Part shown: positions 11,306-23,632 of the stretch, in pieces | How the letters are laid out: each line of letters begins with the position of its first letter | How positions within the stretch are numbered: position 1 is the stretch's first letter | The notes under the pieces: generated by a model | What the model was told of the DNA's origin: nothing | The model's input: the letters and a program-made list of their open reading frames with translations, nothing else | Database searches by the model: none | Translations under genes and position numbers: made by a program | Origin: Nemertoderma westbladi | Lineage: Eukaryota > Animalia > Xenacoelomorpha | Direction of reading: 5' to 3' | DNA: 39,188 nt | Assembly (NCBI GenBank): GCA_032718475.1 | Contig: JAUCBJ010001269.1 | Span: 1-39,188 of the forward strand

Positions 11306-12736
11306 ATGGGGACCCCTAAACAAGGGAACGCAAATAGCAACTGTCAACATGTTGTAAACGACGTCCTATCCTATGTGTGGAGTGCCCATGTTCGCCTTGG
11401 CTTACCCAGGCTCGCCATTCTGGATACGATTGATAGCTGGCCGAAATTTGGAAACGACTTATTGAAGGATGCTAAACAAGTATTGTTTGATATCCTACCC
11501 TGTGATGACGCAACGAAGTCTACCGAGAACTTTGCCAAACAGCGGAAATCTGGTGGTAGTATGCGTAAGTCCATTGTTACTGATATTGTAGATATGTTTG
11601 AATCCGCATATTTTGTTGGAATCCCTGATCCCGGAAAACCAAACTTTGTTTCTGGTAATCCTTGTATTCTACCGCCATTTGCCTTATCTGGCTCAGATTT
11701 ATCGTACATGTTGCTGAAACTAAGCGAACTTCAGGACCGAGTAGCTGTACTCGAATCTCGAACACCGGATCAGATTACCGGTGGTGGTAGGCCGGCAGAA
11801 GCTGAACCAGACGTACGGGTTTTGCAGACACCACCGCCAGCCGGGATTGTGGAACCACCATCTGTACCTGCTGTAGGTCTCCAGCCTTCTGCGGCCGCAG
11901 GAGATGGGGTCGGATCAATTCGCGCTGAAAGACGTAGGCCTATGCCTATATACAGCGATGTGTTAAGGCGAGCCTCGGGCCCGCCAATTCGTCCACCTCC
12001 GGGTCGACCGCGGCGTACTGCGCCGTCTAATCGAACTCGGGATCCAAGGTCGTATCTTAGCAGTAACCCGTATGCTGCTTTGTCAGATATGATTCAGTCG
12101 GAGTATACCGGAAGTGAGGCAGACAACACGGATGATTTGGGGATGTGGTATACTCAGTGTCCTGATGGGCGGAGCAGACCGGAGCAGTTTGTGCAGGATT
12201 CCGCACATACTGATCGCAATATGGGTCCATCTGGTCGCAGAAACATTTGCATTAGTGGTGCGGGCGGCGTAGCTGGCGGTACCGGTACCAACTTCAAATT
12301 CGGCACATCTAAGTGCAAGTCATTCGATACGGTCGCACCAACGAAACGAGTGCATCTCTCTGGCTGTGCAGCAAATGTAACCGAAAAACAGATCACGGAA
12401 TATGTATCCAAGACGATGGAACTAGTAATCAGTTGCAAGAAGATATCCAAGGAAGGGGGGAGGTTTTCCTCGTTTATGTTGATCTGCACACAGGGACGAG
12501 AGGAGGACAAATTATTAGACCCTGATAATTGGCCGGAATTCAGCCGCATTCGAAAGTTCGAGTATAGACCGCGACCACCACAGTCAGGTAATCTATCTCG
12601 TTTCTCATCGGGTACCACCAACACAACTGACACTGTGGTAGATATACCAATACGGGCGGGGACACAGGTCGGCAATAACGATTTGGGTGGTATTAATAGT
12701 GTAAACTCGGTGGAAACTGATCATTCTGATAAATGA
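11306..12736 (+). CDS. LINE ORF1 protein (coiled coil, low-complexity linker, C-terminal RRM-like region)
   Basis: 476 aa, ends 64 bp before ORF2. Shares AKxxLFD and LDPxxWP motifs with the ORF1 at 32440. Confidence 0.8.
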   Translation: MGTPKQGNANSNCQHVVNDVLSYVWSAHVRLGLPRLAILDTIDSWPKFGNDLLKDAKQVLFDILPCDDATKSTENFAKQRKSGGSMRKSIVTDIVDMFESAYFVGIPDPGKPNFVSGNPCILPPFALSGSDLSYMLLKLSELQDRVAVLESRTPDQITGGGRPAEAEPDVRVLQTPPPAGIVEPPSVPAVGLQPSAAAGDGVGSIRAERRRPMPIYSDVLRRASGPPIRPPPGRPRRTAPSNRTRDPRSYLSSNPYAALSDMIQSEYTGSEADNTDDLGMWYTQCPDGRSRPEQFVQDSAHTDRNMGPSGRRNICISGAGGVAGGTGTNFKFGTSKCKSFDTVAPTKRVHLSGCAANVTEKQITEYVSKTMELVISCKKISKEGGRFSSFMLICTQGREEDKLLDPDNWPEFSRIRKFEYRPRPPQSGNLSRFSSGTTNTTDTVVDIPIRAGTQVGNNDLGGINSVNSVETDHSDK

Positions 12737-12800
12737 AATAAAAATATTTTGTTTATATATTTATGTAAATATTCATGTAATTTTATATTAATTTTTCATC

Positions 12801-15665
12801 ATGGCTACTACTACTACAGAACAGAGCACTAACGTTATTCGTGTTGCAACATACAACTGTAATTCTATACGTACTGACGAATCTCTTTTAGTAGTCCGTA
12901 ATTTGTGTGAAAGATCTGATATAATACTGGTACAAGAACACATGTTGCCTAAACAAGAACTCGCGTTTCTTAGCACTATACATAAGGAATTTGTACCGTA
13001 CAGGTCATCTCCAGTCGATCTAACATTAAGTTTGCGAGTTGGTCGCCCTTATGGCGGCTTAGCTATTCTAGTGAGACAAGAATTGGTTCCAGCTATAGAG
13101 CGTATTCACTCTGAGGACCCTAGAGTGATGCCGTTTTATATTAATGGTGTAAATGGTGATAAAATACTGATAATTAATGTATATCTACCATATGAGTCGA
13201 ATGATAATATGGACTTATATTTAGAATACCTAGGTAGGTTACGCTCACTGATTGAGTCAACACCATCAACTGGTTGTTGTATTATTGGAGATTTTAATGC
13301 GGCACCAGGAAGAATGTTTTTTAATGAACTAACTGAGTGGTGCAGAGATTTTAATCTCAATATTTTTGATGTTGATCATTTAAGTAACTCAACGTTTACT
13401 TTTGTTAGTGCTGCATATGGCACGAGTTCATGGCTTGACCATGTTGTGGTAACACCTAGTTGTAATAGTATTTTACGAGATATATATATAGACTATGACT
13501 TAACAGTTACGGATCATATGCCGCTTCTGCTTAGTCTTTGTATTGAACCTATTAGTATTAACTCGGAAAATTTTCAACAATCACAGTCTGAGTCCATCAG
13601 AACCAAGAGGTTATTGTGGGATAAAGCGACTTTAGGTGATCTACAAAATTATCGTACGGATCTCGACGCCGCCTTGTGTGGTATACAGATTCCAGATGTT
13701 TTAACTTGTACTAATGCAACATGTCGAAACACGGATCATACTACATGTATTACGAATCTTTGGGAATCAATTGAACATAAAATTAGCGATTGTACAAAAA
13801 AATGGATTCCAAAGGCAATTAATAGTGAATCCCAGAATACCCATAATATTCCGGGATGGAACGACACAGTTCGTGAAAAGTACGAACTTTCCCGGGTACT
13901 TTTTAAACAGTGGCGAGATGCAGGCTCGCCACATCAGGGTGAGCTGCATCGCCAGTATCTTATAGGTAAGGCGACATTCAAACGTGCCTTACGTCAGTGC
14001 AAACGAAATAAGGCTGCTTTTAAGGCAGATAAACTGGCAACTTCACATTTACAAAAAGATAGTCGGGATTTTTGGAAAAATGTCAAAAAGGAAAATAATA
14101 TTAATGTACCACTACCAAATGTTGTTAGTGGTGCTGTTGGTGCAGAACAAATCGGCAATATGTTTAAAACGGTTTATTCGGATTTATTTAATTGTAATGG
14201 TGTTAATAATGATTTTCATGTGCGTAGTGTTGATGAGCGTTTATCGGATATTATTTTTTCACAAGATATGATTATTAGTCCGTTAGAAATTAGTTGTGCT
14301 ATTTCAAATCTGAAAGCTGGTAAATCAGCTGGACCCGATGGTATTAGTGCCGAACATTTCATTTTTGGTGAATGTAGTATACTGAATACTATGCTGGCTA
14401 TCGTGTTAAGTGCAATTAATGTGCATGGCTTTCTTCCCGAGAGCATAATCCATAGCGTACTTGTACCCATAATTAAGGATAAAAATAATACAATTGATGA
14501 TAAATGTAACTATAGACCAATTGCGTTATCAGATATTTTCAGTAAGATATTCGAATATATATTATTTGCTCGTATAGAAACATATCTAATTACAAGTGAT
14601 TTTCAGTTTTCGTTTAAGTCCAAAAGTGGTACCGAATTATGTGTTTATAGTTTAAAAGAGATCATTGATTACTACTTACACAATGACTCATCCGTTTACG
14701 TATGCTTTCTTGATGCTAGTAAAGCTTTTGATCGAATTGTGCATGATACGCTTTTTCATAAGTTATTGGATAGAAATATACCGCTATTTATTATTAGGAC
14801 TCTAATTCACTGGTATAGGTTTCAAACTCTACAGGTCAAATGGGGGTCTACATTAACTGATAGGTTTCATGTAACAAATGGTGTAAAACAAGGCGGTATT
14901 CTAAGTCCGTATTTATTTAATGTGTATATGGATAACTTATCGGATAAACTTCTGTGCACTAATGTTGGATGCATGTTTGATGGGTACAGAATTAACCATT
15001 TAATGTATGCTGACGACATCTGTTTATTATCTAACTCTGCCGTAGGTTTACAATTACTAATAAATACGTGTTTTGATTACAGTATCAGCCACAGTATTTT
15101 GTTTAACCTAAAGAAATCAAAGGTTATGTTTTTCAATCACCGTTCGAGCAACCTAGTTAATATGGCACCTATGTACTTACACGATAGAGTAATTTCTAGA
15201 ACCGATAAGTATATTTACTTAGGGCACGTCATTCATGAAAGTAGAGATGATGATTACGATATCAAGAATGTAACTAGAGGCTTATATGCACGCGCAAATA
15301 CATTATGTAGGAAATTTAGTAACTGTACGAACTCCATGAAACTTACACTTTTTAGGTCATATATCACTCCACTATATTGTAATGCTTTATGGTCGTCTTT
15401 GAATTATTCTGAGTTTGTGTATAATCGACTGAAGGTTGCTTATAATTCGGCTGCACGTATATTTTTCAAGTTACCTTTCCGTTCTAGTATGTCTTTATTT
15501 TTTGGTACCAATAATTTACCTTGCTTCATTCATATTCGATATTGTTCCATACAAAGTTTATACAATAGGGTAAACAAGACTAATAACAATATTGTATTAA
15601 TGGTGAATATGTGCACATTGCATAGTTCCAGAATATGGCTGAATCGATTTGGGGTAGGAGATTAA
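12801..15665 (+). CDS. LINE ORF2: APE endonuclease + reverse transcriptase
   Basis: Intact 954 aa. TYNCN, VQEH, GDFN, LDH, TDH, PGWN, DASKAFD, KQGGILSP, YADD, YLGH. Confidence 0.95.
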   Translation: MATTTTEQSTNVIRVATYNCNSIRTDESLLVVRNLCERSDIILVQEHMLPKQELAFLSTIHKEFVPYRSSPVDLTLSLRVGRPYGGLAILVRQELVPAIERIHSEDPRVMPFYINGVNGDKILIINVYLPYESNDNMDLYLEYLGRLRSLIESTPSTGCCIIGDFNAAPGRMFFNELTEWCRDFNLNIFDVDHLSNSTFTFVSAAYGTSSWLDHVVVTPSCNSILRDIYIDYDLTVTDHMPLLLSLCIEPISINSENFQQSQSESIRTKRLLWDKATLGDLQNYRTDLDAALCGIQIPDVLTCTNATCRNTDHTTCITNLWESIEHKISDCTKKWIPKAINSESQNTHNIPGWNDTVREKYELSRVLFKQWRDAGSPHQGELHRQYLIGKATFKRALRQCKRNKAAFKADKLATSHLQKDSRDFWKNVKKENNINVPLPNVVSGAVGAEQIGNMFKTVYSDLFNCNGVNNDFHVRSVDERLSDIIFSQDMIISPLEISCAISNLKAGKSAGPDGISAEHFIFGECSILNTMLAIVLSAINVHGFLPESIIHSVLVPIIKDKNNTIDDKCNYRPIALSDIFSKIFEYILFARIETYLITSDFQFSFKSKSGTELCVYSLKEIIDYYLHNDSSVYVCFLDASKAFDRIVHDTLFHKLLDRNIPLFIIRTLIHWYRFQTLQVKWGSTLTDRFHVTNGVKQGGILSPYLFNVYMDNLSDKLLCTNVGCMFDGYRINHLMYADDICLLSNSAVGLQLLINTCFDYSISHSILFNLKKSKVMFFNHRSSNLVNMAPMYLHDRVISRTDKYIYLGHVIHESRDDDYDIKNVTRGLYARANTLCRKFSNCTNSMKLTLFRSYITPLYCNALWSSLNYSEFVYNRLKVAYNSAARIFFKLPFRSSMSLFFGTNNLPCFIHIRYCSIQSLYNRVNKTNNNIVLMVNMCTLHSSRIWLNRFGVGD

Positions 15666-17626
15666 CTAATTGAATACATTTATATTACATTTACATCTAC
15701 ATTGTGCTACTTAATTTACGTGGGTATGTATTATGGTTTGATTCTATTTATGAACCGGATTAAATAAATATAATATAATAATAATAATAATTGTAGTAGA
15801 AACATCTATCATTTGTTTATTTTCAACAGTAAATTTATTACTAAAATATATGGAAGCAATCGGATGGATAATCTCAACCGTTGCTGGGGACTATTTTATA
15901 AATTGGTAATTACACAAAATTATCATGGTGCAAGCTAGGCATCAGTCAGATAATTAATGCGACTTAATTATTAATCTTTACACATTGGTGAATGTATACA
16001 GCCTTTGGAAGCTAATATGCACCCATTAATGAATATAGTTCGTACGAAAAGTTTGTTTAAAATTATTTAAAAAGGTGTTTTCGTCATTTAACGAAAATCT
16101 TTCACTCAACTGTTATCTGTAGTTTCTAGCAGAAAATTTAATTACAAGCAGATGTTCTTACCTTTAAGCAATTAATTCAAGATACAGTAATAAGCTTGCT
16201 TTACTAGTGTGAAGTCACTTTATTGCTAATGAGGAATTTCCAATGTTCAGTGGAAATACAATGACCTTGATTTCGCGGTAGATTTGACTTGCCTTGCCAC
16301 CAAAAATAAACCAAAACAACAAAGATGAAAGTGAAGTACGGGAGTTTAGTCTTTTAATTTGCCTCAGATTCTTGGTATTTTAATCAATATTCTACCAGAA
16401 AACCATGTAATGTGAGTTTATATGGCAGTGTTTTTCTATCCTCGGATCCGAAGGCCATTTTAGGTCATTGTATTCACAATAGAGTTTCTAGTCCCCCTGC
16501 CACCATATAGTGGTTAGTGATTCATAATTCCACAATCCATATCTAATGATACCCCTTTCTAAACCAACCCCATCTGTGCATCTAAAATGTCTGCGAAACT
16601 TCGGTCCACTTACGTAGTAAGGATTTACCCTGATAGGTATCTGTATCACATCTGTTCCTAAAAGTAAGTACCAATATAGCATTGAGACCATCTCGCCGGG
16701 AACTAAACCAGAAAATAGGATAAGATTGAACATTTATGCATGGAAGGTGTACTTGACCAATAATTTTCTCCCCAACCCTGTAGATTTATTACCTGTCTTT
16801 TCTTCAATAGATAGCAGCCAGTACTTCTTCCTTGAACATTACCACATTGGGATTGAACTCAAAACTGTTTTTTGATTGACTTATGATTATGTCAACTGGG
16901 ACTTCATCCCTCAAATGCTCCCGCATAGTAGACTGAAATGGGTTTGATTGATTTTGTTTCATCATGGGGAGAGATAACTGCTTGGGGAGTATAGTTCTGG
17001 GGGGACCGCACTGGAAATAAGTCATCAAATTTTGTGCGGAATTCAAGCATAAAGGCCGAAGAATAATTACTTACTTTTTTCTTCACTCCTTTATGCCTGT
17101 GGATTTCCCCACCTAAAAGCCTATCCCATGCCTTTCAATCAATTTAGATAAAATTTGTTAATTTTAGTCCTAATAAGTTATCCTATTGTACACACAGGTG
17201 CCGATTTAGACTAGAAATGAGTGGGTAGTTTATTGTTGCAGAAATTAATTAAGACGTGGTTGTTAGGCTTCTGGTTGTGAAATCCCTCATTCTCGGCTGA
17301 TTAAATTTTGTGCCACTGTGTGTCGTAGTGTCGTAGTAGTAGTAGTCGTGTCGTAGTGTCGTGACTAGTAGTCGTAGTGTCCCTGGCTTCATCTTAAGCT
17401 TAGCCCCACTTATTCTTTGGCTATGTTTTAATTTTTACTGAACCAGAATTAGTATATAGTGGGTGAATTTTATTTTAGAAACTGATTTTCCTTTTGCTAT
17501 GCGAAAAACTTTTATTATATGAATAATTATATAAAATAAACATTTTGAAGAGTCGATTACATAGGCGATCTGCTTAAATATATAAATTATAAAAATAAAT
17601 ATAATAATAATACCAGAATAATAATA

Positions 17627-18407
17627 CCATGAGGCTTTGATAGCCTCATGGAGAATATATGCATAGTGGACAGCCCATAACTTTCTTAAAACGTCTCTTA
17701 AGGTAAAAGCGTAAAACACGACATGTAAAAATTTTTCATTTTTAATCTCATTTTATGAATATCAAGCATTCAAAAGTTATAGGATTTTTGACTTTCAACT
17801 CAGTTTAATCCTTTCGCGATATTGTGGAGGTAATTTTATTCATGTACCTTTTTTCTCGAGATCTGTAAATCCAATTGCCATGAAATTTTAGACCCTTATA
17901 CAGAATTTCCAGCTGTACAAGTGGAACCTCAAATATTGCAAATTTTTCAGGTGTGAAGTGTGGCCTATGGGCACATTTTAGAAAAAAAAAGCATTTTTTT
18001 TTAAATATTAAAATTTTTCTAAAATTTCATGGCAATTGGATTTACAGATATCGAGAAAAAGGTACATGAATAAAATTAATTCAGAGATATCGCGAAAGGA
18101 GTAAACGGAGCTGAAAGTCAAAGATCGAATATAAACGGTGCCATATGAATTGCATTAAGTTATGAATCATTAGGAGTCATCATTAGGAGATGATTGACAT
18201 TCACGTCATGAGAGTTTGATTTTTGGAATCTACATAGAATTTTGAATCTAAGGGGGCAGAAAATATTGAAAAAAAATAATTTTTACGTGTCGAACCACTT
18301 TAAGAACACTGACTGGTCTTGAAGTTGCGGATGATCTAGCAAATATCATGGATGATAGGGAGTTGTTTCACCGTAATTTTGTCGATAAGCCGGCATAGCC
18401 TTCTTAA
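17627..18407 (+). mobile_element. RTE 3' fragment split by a MITE
   Basis: 17627-17701 joined to 18304-18407 aligns by eye to the reverse complement of ~9517-9680. Confidence 0.75.
17702..18299. mobile_element. MITE with TTAA TSD (Kolobok-like)
   Basis: TTAA at 17698-17701 and 18300-18303. Imperfect termini (CGACAYGTAAAAAT). Internal ~100-bp inverted repeat at 17790-17892 / 18018-18120. Confidence 0.75.
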
Positions 18408-18498
18408 TGCGTCTGTAGTGCAGTGTGTCGAAAATAGATAGTTAGATGTGCTGCATAATAGATTCGGCATTATATTGTAACTTTACTAATCTTTATAG

Positions 18499-18572
18499 GT
18501 ATATTTCGATAGTTCATCCCATCTGGCACCGTCTTAAATACAACAAGAAAATGTATGTCTTCTCTGTAACAC
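18499..18572 (+). CDS. Class A GPCR exon (ERY, ICL2, start of TM4)
   Basis: tttatag|(R)YISIVHPIWHRLKYNKKMYVFSVT(L)|gtaagt. Phases fit both neighbours. Confidence 0.85.
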
Positions 18573-19589
18573 GTAAGTAACTCAATCATGATATTGCAAT
18601 ATCCGTTGGTAATTAGTGCTATATTTAATGTTTCTTGAATTGTATCTGATAATTAAATTCCACAAAAAATAATTAAAGTTGCCTTTCTGCTGCTGCTTGT
18701 ATATCTCTAAATAAATATGTTTCTGATGTAAAGATCGAAAGAATCAACATGGATGGTATAGATTTCATTTTATTATTATCTGTTTTCCCTTATTTGATAA
18801 TAACATTGTTTATTGTTTTGGTTAGAAAAAAACGTCTCTGGAACCTTTTACTTTCCCTCAATTTGTAACAACATCGTTTATTGTTTTGGTTCGAAAAATA
18901 ATAGTATGTTATTGTTTGTTATTTAAAACGTCTCTTCGACTTTGACCAGAAGCGATTCCAACACAGGAAAAAAACTGTCAATCGTTTAACTGTAGATACC
19001 TATATTCCGATATATAAATTATGTAATAAATTTTTGTTGAGCGATGAATGTTGATAATAGGACAACATTATAATAATATATGTTTTAACCAACCTATTGT
19101 GTCTGTTCAACTCTTTGGGGACGCCTTGTGGGGCGATACACAAAATGATACACCATCATCCAAATAACGGACACATCATCACTAGGATGCAACGCCGACC
19201 GACGCCGAGACGCAACAACTCCATAATTCGCAGCCAAGTAAATCCAGAATTCAGTTGCATTTGCAATACCAGTGTTATTTAAAATAAAATTTAAAGCAGT
19301 TGGCAGTAATAAGATCACAAAATGGTTGGTATACCAATGGCGTTAAAAGGTACACAAACGGGAATATACTGACAAAACTGACAAGCTAATAATTAAATAA
19401 AAAAATATATAACTACTACAACAAAACTGCAAAATAAGTACGGTATTTATTTTACAAAAAGAAGGTAACATTTTTTCTCCGACTGTTTGATCCGCATTTT
19501 CGAGTTTACAAAGAGGTGAAAATAACTAATACTACTACTATCGGCATGGTTCATTAGAGCTGGATTATATTATTATATGACATATTTAT

Positions 19590-20130
19590 TATGAATGCTG
19601 TGCCGGCTTGTCAACAAAATTGCGCCGCCACGACTCCCTATTGCCAATGACGTTTGCTAGATCATCCGCATTTTCAAGGCCAGTGTCCTTTAAGAGGTGT
19701 TTCAAGAAATCATGGGCAGTCCATGCTTATTCACTCCATGAGGCTACCAAAGCACAAGATTGTGCACTGACTGGTCCTCACGGCGAAAGCAATGTCCTGC
19801 AAAGCAGAGGCGGCTCCGTTCAAGTGTAAAGCAAGGGGAGACTAATGAAACACCTCCAATGTTGCATAGAATCTGATTGGAGATATGTTCCTTTCATTGT
19901 ACTTGACACAATGAACCCGCCGCAGCATTATTGTATAAGTGCCATCCAGATTAATGCAGCTAGTGACAAGCACGGACTCCCTCATAAGAGTACTGGTACT
20001 GTGAAAAATCGAACCATTGATTCTATGTGACTTCCAAATCCTGAAGTGCCCTTTCAATGCTGCCAATGCCTCCCCCTTACGTATCCTGAGCTCTTCTCAT
20101 CTGACTTCCGGATCCATAGTCCCAAGTAGC
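19590..20130 (-). mobile_element. 5'-truncated RTE LINE 3' fragment
   Basis: Collinear, diverged homolog of 9517-10090. Confidence 0.8.
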
Positions 20131-20659
20131 AGCATTCAACAAGTATTATAAATATTTAATTAGACGCAATATCTAAAGAGTTTGCACATAGGGGGAGGAA
20201 AAGTTTATCATCTATAGTATCTTTCATTATTCATCTATAGTAGTCTATCATCAATCTTACTTAGAGGAGTTTTACAAACTAATTCTTTCACAATATAGCA
20301 TTGCATTTAGTTTTCTGAAATACACATTAATAATTCAACAACCATTTGTAGTTAATAAGTTTCCTTATTTTATTTTATTTGCCACATATTATCAGAAGTA
20401 AAAATAACCGTGTCTACTAACGTAAGAACTGTCTCCTCTTGAAAGGCTTACTTACTACCCAAATCAATCCTACTACCCTCGGTACCTAGAGCTTCCTAGT
20501 CCACCGCTCTACCAACTTCGCCAATGCGCCATATGCGAAGCCTTATTACAGAAACCTAACTGGAAATTAAAATCAACAACGACACCAACAACCCCGACAA
20601 TAACGGAGTGAATACTAGAGGTCTCGTTACGGAGACCTAAAGACCGCAATTAATTTTTT

Positions 20660-21020
20660 TATCACTAAAATTAATCATTCTTCCACTATTGTTATTGCGT
20701 TTTTTCACTAAAATTAATCATTTTCCCCTAAAATTAGTCTTTAATCCACTAAAATTAATCATTTTCCCCTAAAATTAGTCTTTAATCCACTAAAATTAAT
20801 CATTCATAACTATTTTTTATGGGCATTGAGATTCAAAGTACCGGTATATATTTTGTTGGTTATAAAAGCCTACCTATGTAACCTGCTCCTTTCCCCTAAT
20901 TGGTAACCACATCGTTTATTGTTTTGGATATAAAAGCCTACATCTTTAACCTGGTCCTTTCCCCCAATTGATAACATCACTGTTTATTGTTTTGGTTATA
21001 AAAGTCTACCTCTGTAACGA
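20660..21020. repeat. Short minisatellites (~41-bp CACTAAAATTAATCATT units; ~68-bp TTTATTGTTTTGG..TAAAAG units)
   Basis: 3-4 tandem copies of each are visible. Units related to the 68-bp type also occur at ~18780-18930. Confidence 0.6.
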
Positions 21021-21250
21021 ATTGTTTTCATTTAGTGGAAAATGAATTAAGTTGTAAGTGATTAATATTAATGATAAAGTGATTGAATTTAGTGATAAGT
21101 GATTAATTTAATTGATCGGTGATTAAATATAGTGAAAATGGTTTTTTTTTAGTGTTGGAAAAATAAGTGCCCTAAAAAATACATTGTCATTAACACTATA
21201 GGATACATTTGTAAAATGATCAATATAGACATACAATGTACCGTACCTTT

Positions 21251-21479
21251 CAAGCAAGCAAACAGTCGGCCGAAGCCGGAGGCGACCCGAAGGCTCCTCT
21301 TTCGATAGCTGCTACCCGAGGGTAGGGGTGGGCGCTACTCCTATCCCGAGATTAGATCCCAGTTATTTAACTGGTACTCATTTTATCGACCCCAGTCGAT
21401 GAAAGGCTGAGTGGACCCTGGCGGGGCTGAACCTACAACCATTAGATTGCAGGCCCGGCGCTCAACCAACTGAGCTACC
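21251..21479 (-). mobile_element. tRNA-derived SINE
   Basis: Minus-strand head GGTAGCTCAGTTGGTTGAGCG...GGTTCAGCCCC (A/B boxes). Body ACTCAGCCTTTCATC...GGTCGATAAAATGAGTACC. (CTTG)n tail. Direct repeat TACCGTACCTTT at 21239-21250 and 21476-21487. Confidence 0.9.
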
Positions 21480-21894
21480 GTACCTTTAATGTTTAAGAAT
21501 ATCATTGATAAGAGATATACCAAGTAATGCCATACAGTAGAAGGCAATAACTATACACCGCTTGGTATGGAATTTTGATACCTGAATGTTTTAACAGTTG
21601 TTTATAGCATCTCATGTAGTTTTTTGGGTTTTTCATAATAAGGCCGGGTTAGTTGGGCTCAATATGACATGACCCCCCGTGGAATTAGACCTCTATACTT
21701 GTGTAAAGATATTCAATAACTAAATTTGAAGCGAAAATATGTAAAAAAAAAAGTGAGAATAATGTGGTAGATTTTTTTCAACCACATTATTTCACCATTA
21801 ACCACAATAAGATACCTTTTCTGTGAAAAGGAGTTGAAATAATTTTTAATTTATAAAATAGAATGCAATAACAAAAGATCTCTCCTATTTTTAG

Positions 21895-22142
21895 TTATAT
21901 GGGCATTGGCTTTCATCTGTGAGTTGGTTTGGGTAATGAACATGAACTATTTAGATGGACAATGTAAGATCATCGTGAATCCCGGAGCTCATCACTATTT
22001 CACAAACATATTCTTCTTTATCGTCGAGATATTTGGACCTCTGGTCATAATGGCGTTCTCGTACATAGCGATATTCGTTCAGCTGTGGAAGCGAAATACT
22101 GTGGCACCTACAGTCCCCAACTTACGTGTAGCTCAACCTACG
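21895..22142 (+). CDS. Class A GPCR exon (TM4, ECL2, TM5)
   Basis: ttttag|IWALAFICELVW...GQC...FFFIVEIFGPLVIMAFSYIAIF...QPT|gttagt. Confidence 0.9.
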
Positions 22143-22399
22143 GTTAGTAGACTGAAACATTGTAGCTCCTATAGACACCAACTAGGATGGAGTTCAACCT
22201 ATGGTTCGCAGTATTGTGCACGGGAGCTATAATTTTGAATTACGGACTCAGACAAAATCTGAAAAACGAATTAAATGACTTATGATTTATGATTAAATTA
22301 TTTATACCCTACCAGTCAGTCCCTGCAAATTTATAAATCAATAATATAAATCGAATTAATTAATTTTACAATTAATTAATTATATATAATTAATTATAG

Positions 22400-22534
22400 C
22401 TCCAGGCGAACATTCACAAGAAGTCTGCAATGATAGAGAAAGCAAAAATGAATGTTGTCAAGGTTTGTTTCACAGTCTGTTTCTTCTTCATTGTCTGCTG
22501 GAGTCCACATGGATGGCTTCACTTCTACTACATA
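22400..22534 (+). CDS. Class A GPCR exon (TM6)
   Basis: KAKMNVVKVCFTVCFFFIVCWSPHGW (CWxP motif), gtaagt donor. An alternative in-frame acceptor would start the exon at 22406. Confidence 0.9.
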
Positions 22535-23248
22535 GTAAGTAGGTGAGGGTTGGAGGTGTTTTTATGGTGAGTCGTGTGAAATGTAGGCCTACTTATTTAT
22601 TTACCTTTAGTCTTACTTATTCATACGATGATGATATTAGCTCTAGGCCTATTTAAAGGACCTCATGAAAATTTACTGAATCCGTAGTAAGCTTTATTTT
22701 GTTGCAATGTTGATATGGTAACAAAACAAGCTACGGGGTATATTAAAGTGCCTGATCTTAACCATAAATAAATTATTTAGCCAAAACTGAACCACAAAAC
22801 CAAAATTGGAGCAGAACCCCTTGGAAATTAAGAGCTTAATCCACTACCGTTATAAATTATAACAATAAATAAAATTTCCTTTATCCAATATAAATTTAAA
22901 ATGAGGTGTTAAGTTCTACATACCTTTAAGGGACATACTTATTGAAGTTATTGTCTGATTACCAATCTGCCAATTACGTAGCATTTGTCTGCATTTTATC
23001 AACATATTTACCAACAGACCAGTTTAATTATTTTAATTACATTTCATTGAAATTTAGAAAATTCTGAGACCAATTTTAAGCATGTGTGGTACGAATTTTC
23101 GTCTGGCGCGGCGCGAATTTATAATTGGCGCATCCAATAAGTATTCCAAATGGGATGGGGGGATTTGGGGAGTGGTGCCCAGAGCCTTTTAAATTAAAGT
23201 GCCGGATTTACCGGAATAAATAATAATTAATTGTTTCTACTTCTCTAG

Positions 23249-23340
23249 ATTTCCGCCGACTACAACTTAGAAGCTTTAGAACGCAGCATATTCTTTACCA
23301 TGATTTTCTGCAATATGTGCATTAATCCTATAATTTACAG
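23249..23340 (+). CDS. Class A GPCR exon (TM7)
   Basis: ctctag|ISADYNLEALERSIFFTMIFCNMCINPIIY(S)|gt, containing NPxxY. Confidence 0.9.
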
Positions 23341-23632
23341 GTCCGTTATATAAATTATATATATTATTAATAGCTAAATTATTGATGAATTAGTTAGTTG
23401 GTGAGGGTGGGCACGCAGACTACGCTACGCTATCAATGAGTCTGGCCTATTGTATATTGTAGATACAGTCTTAGATGCAGAACTGGAATAGTACATTTTT
23501 TATTCGTCAAATTTTATTAAAATTAAAGTGTAATGGTTTAATTGTGATTAATAGGTTTACAGTTTGAATTTCTACAAACATATAAATCAGAAAATGATAT
23601 TATTCCATCTCACAAAGTTGTTTATTTATTAG

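Larger units (their letters stand above)
11129..15786 (+). mobile_element. Full-length two-ORF LINE (tentatively RTE-X-like) in a GPCR intron
   Basis: ORF1+ORF2, AATAAA and a (TAA)n tail. Candidate 9-bp TSD ATAATTGTA at 11120-11128 and 15787-15795. Confidence 0.85.

Noticed and set aside
20470-20535. Second tRNA-like/SINE head on the minus strand (TGGCGAAGTTGGTAGAGCG)
   Set aside because: Only an A-box-like piece, with no B box, body or TSD. Too weak to call.
21400-21480. Functional tRNA gene
   Set aside because: It is the head of a SINE with body, tail and flanking direct repeat; the cloverleaf is degenerate.
21906-22232. ORF-track boundaries for the GPCR segment
   Set aside because: The exon is 21895-22142 by splice sites and phase; the rest of the ORF is intron read-through.
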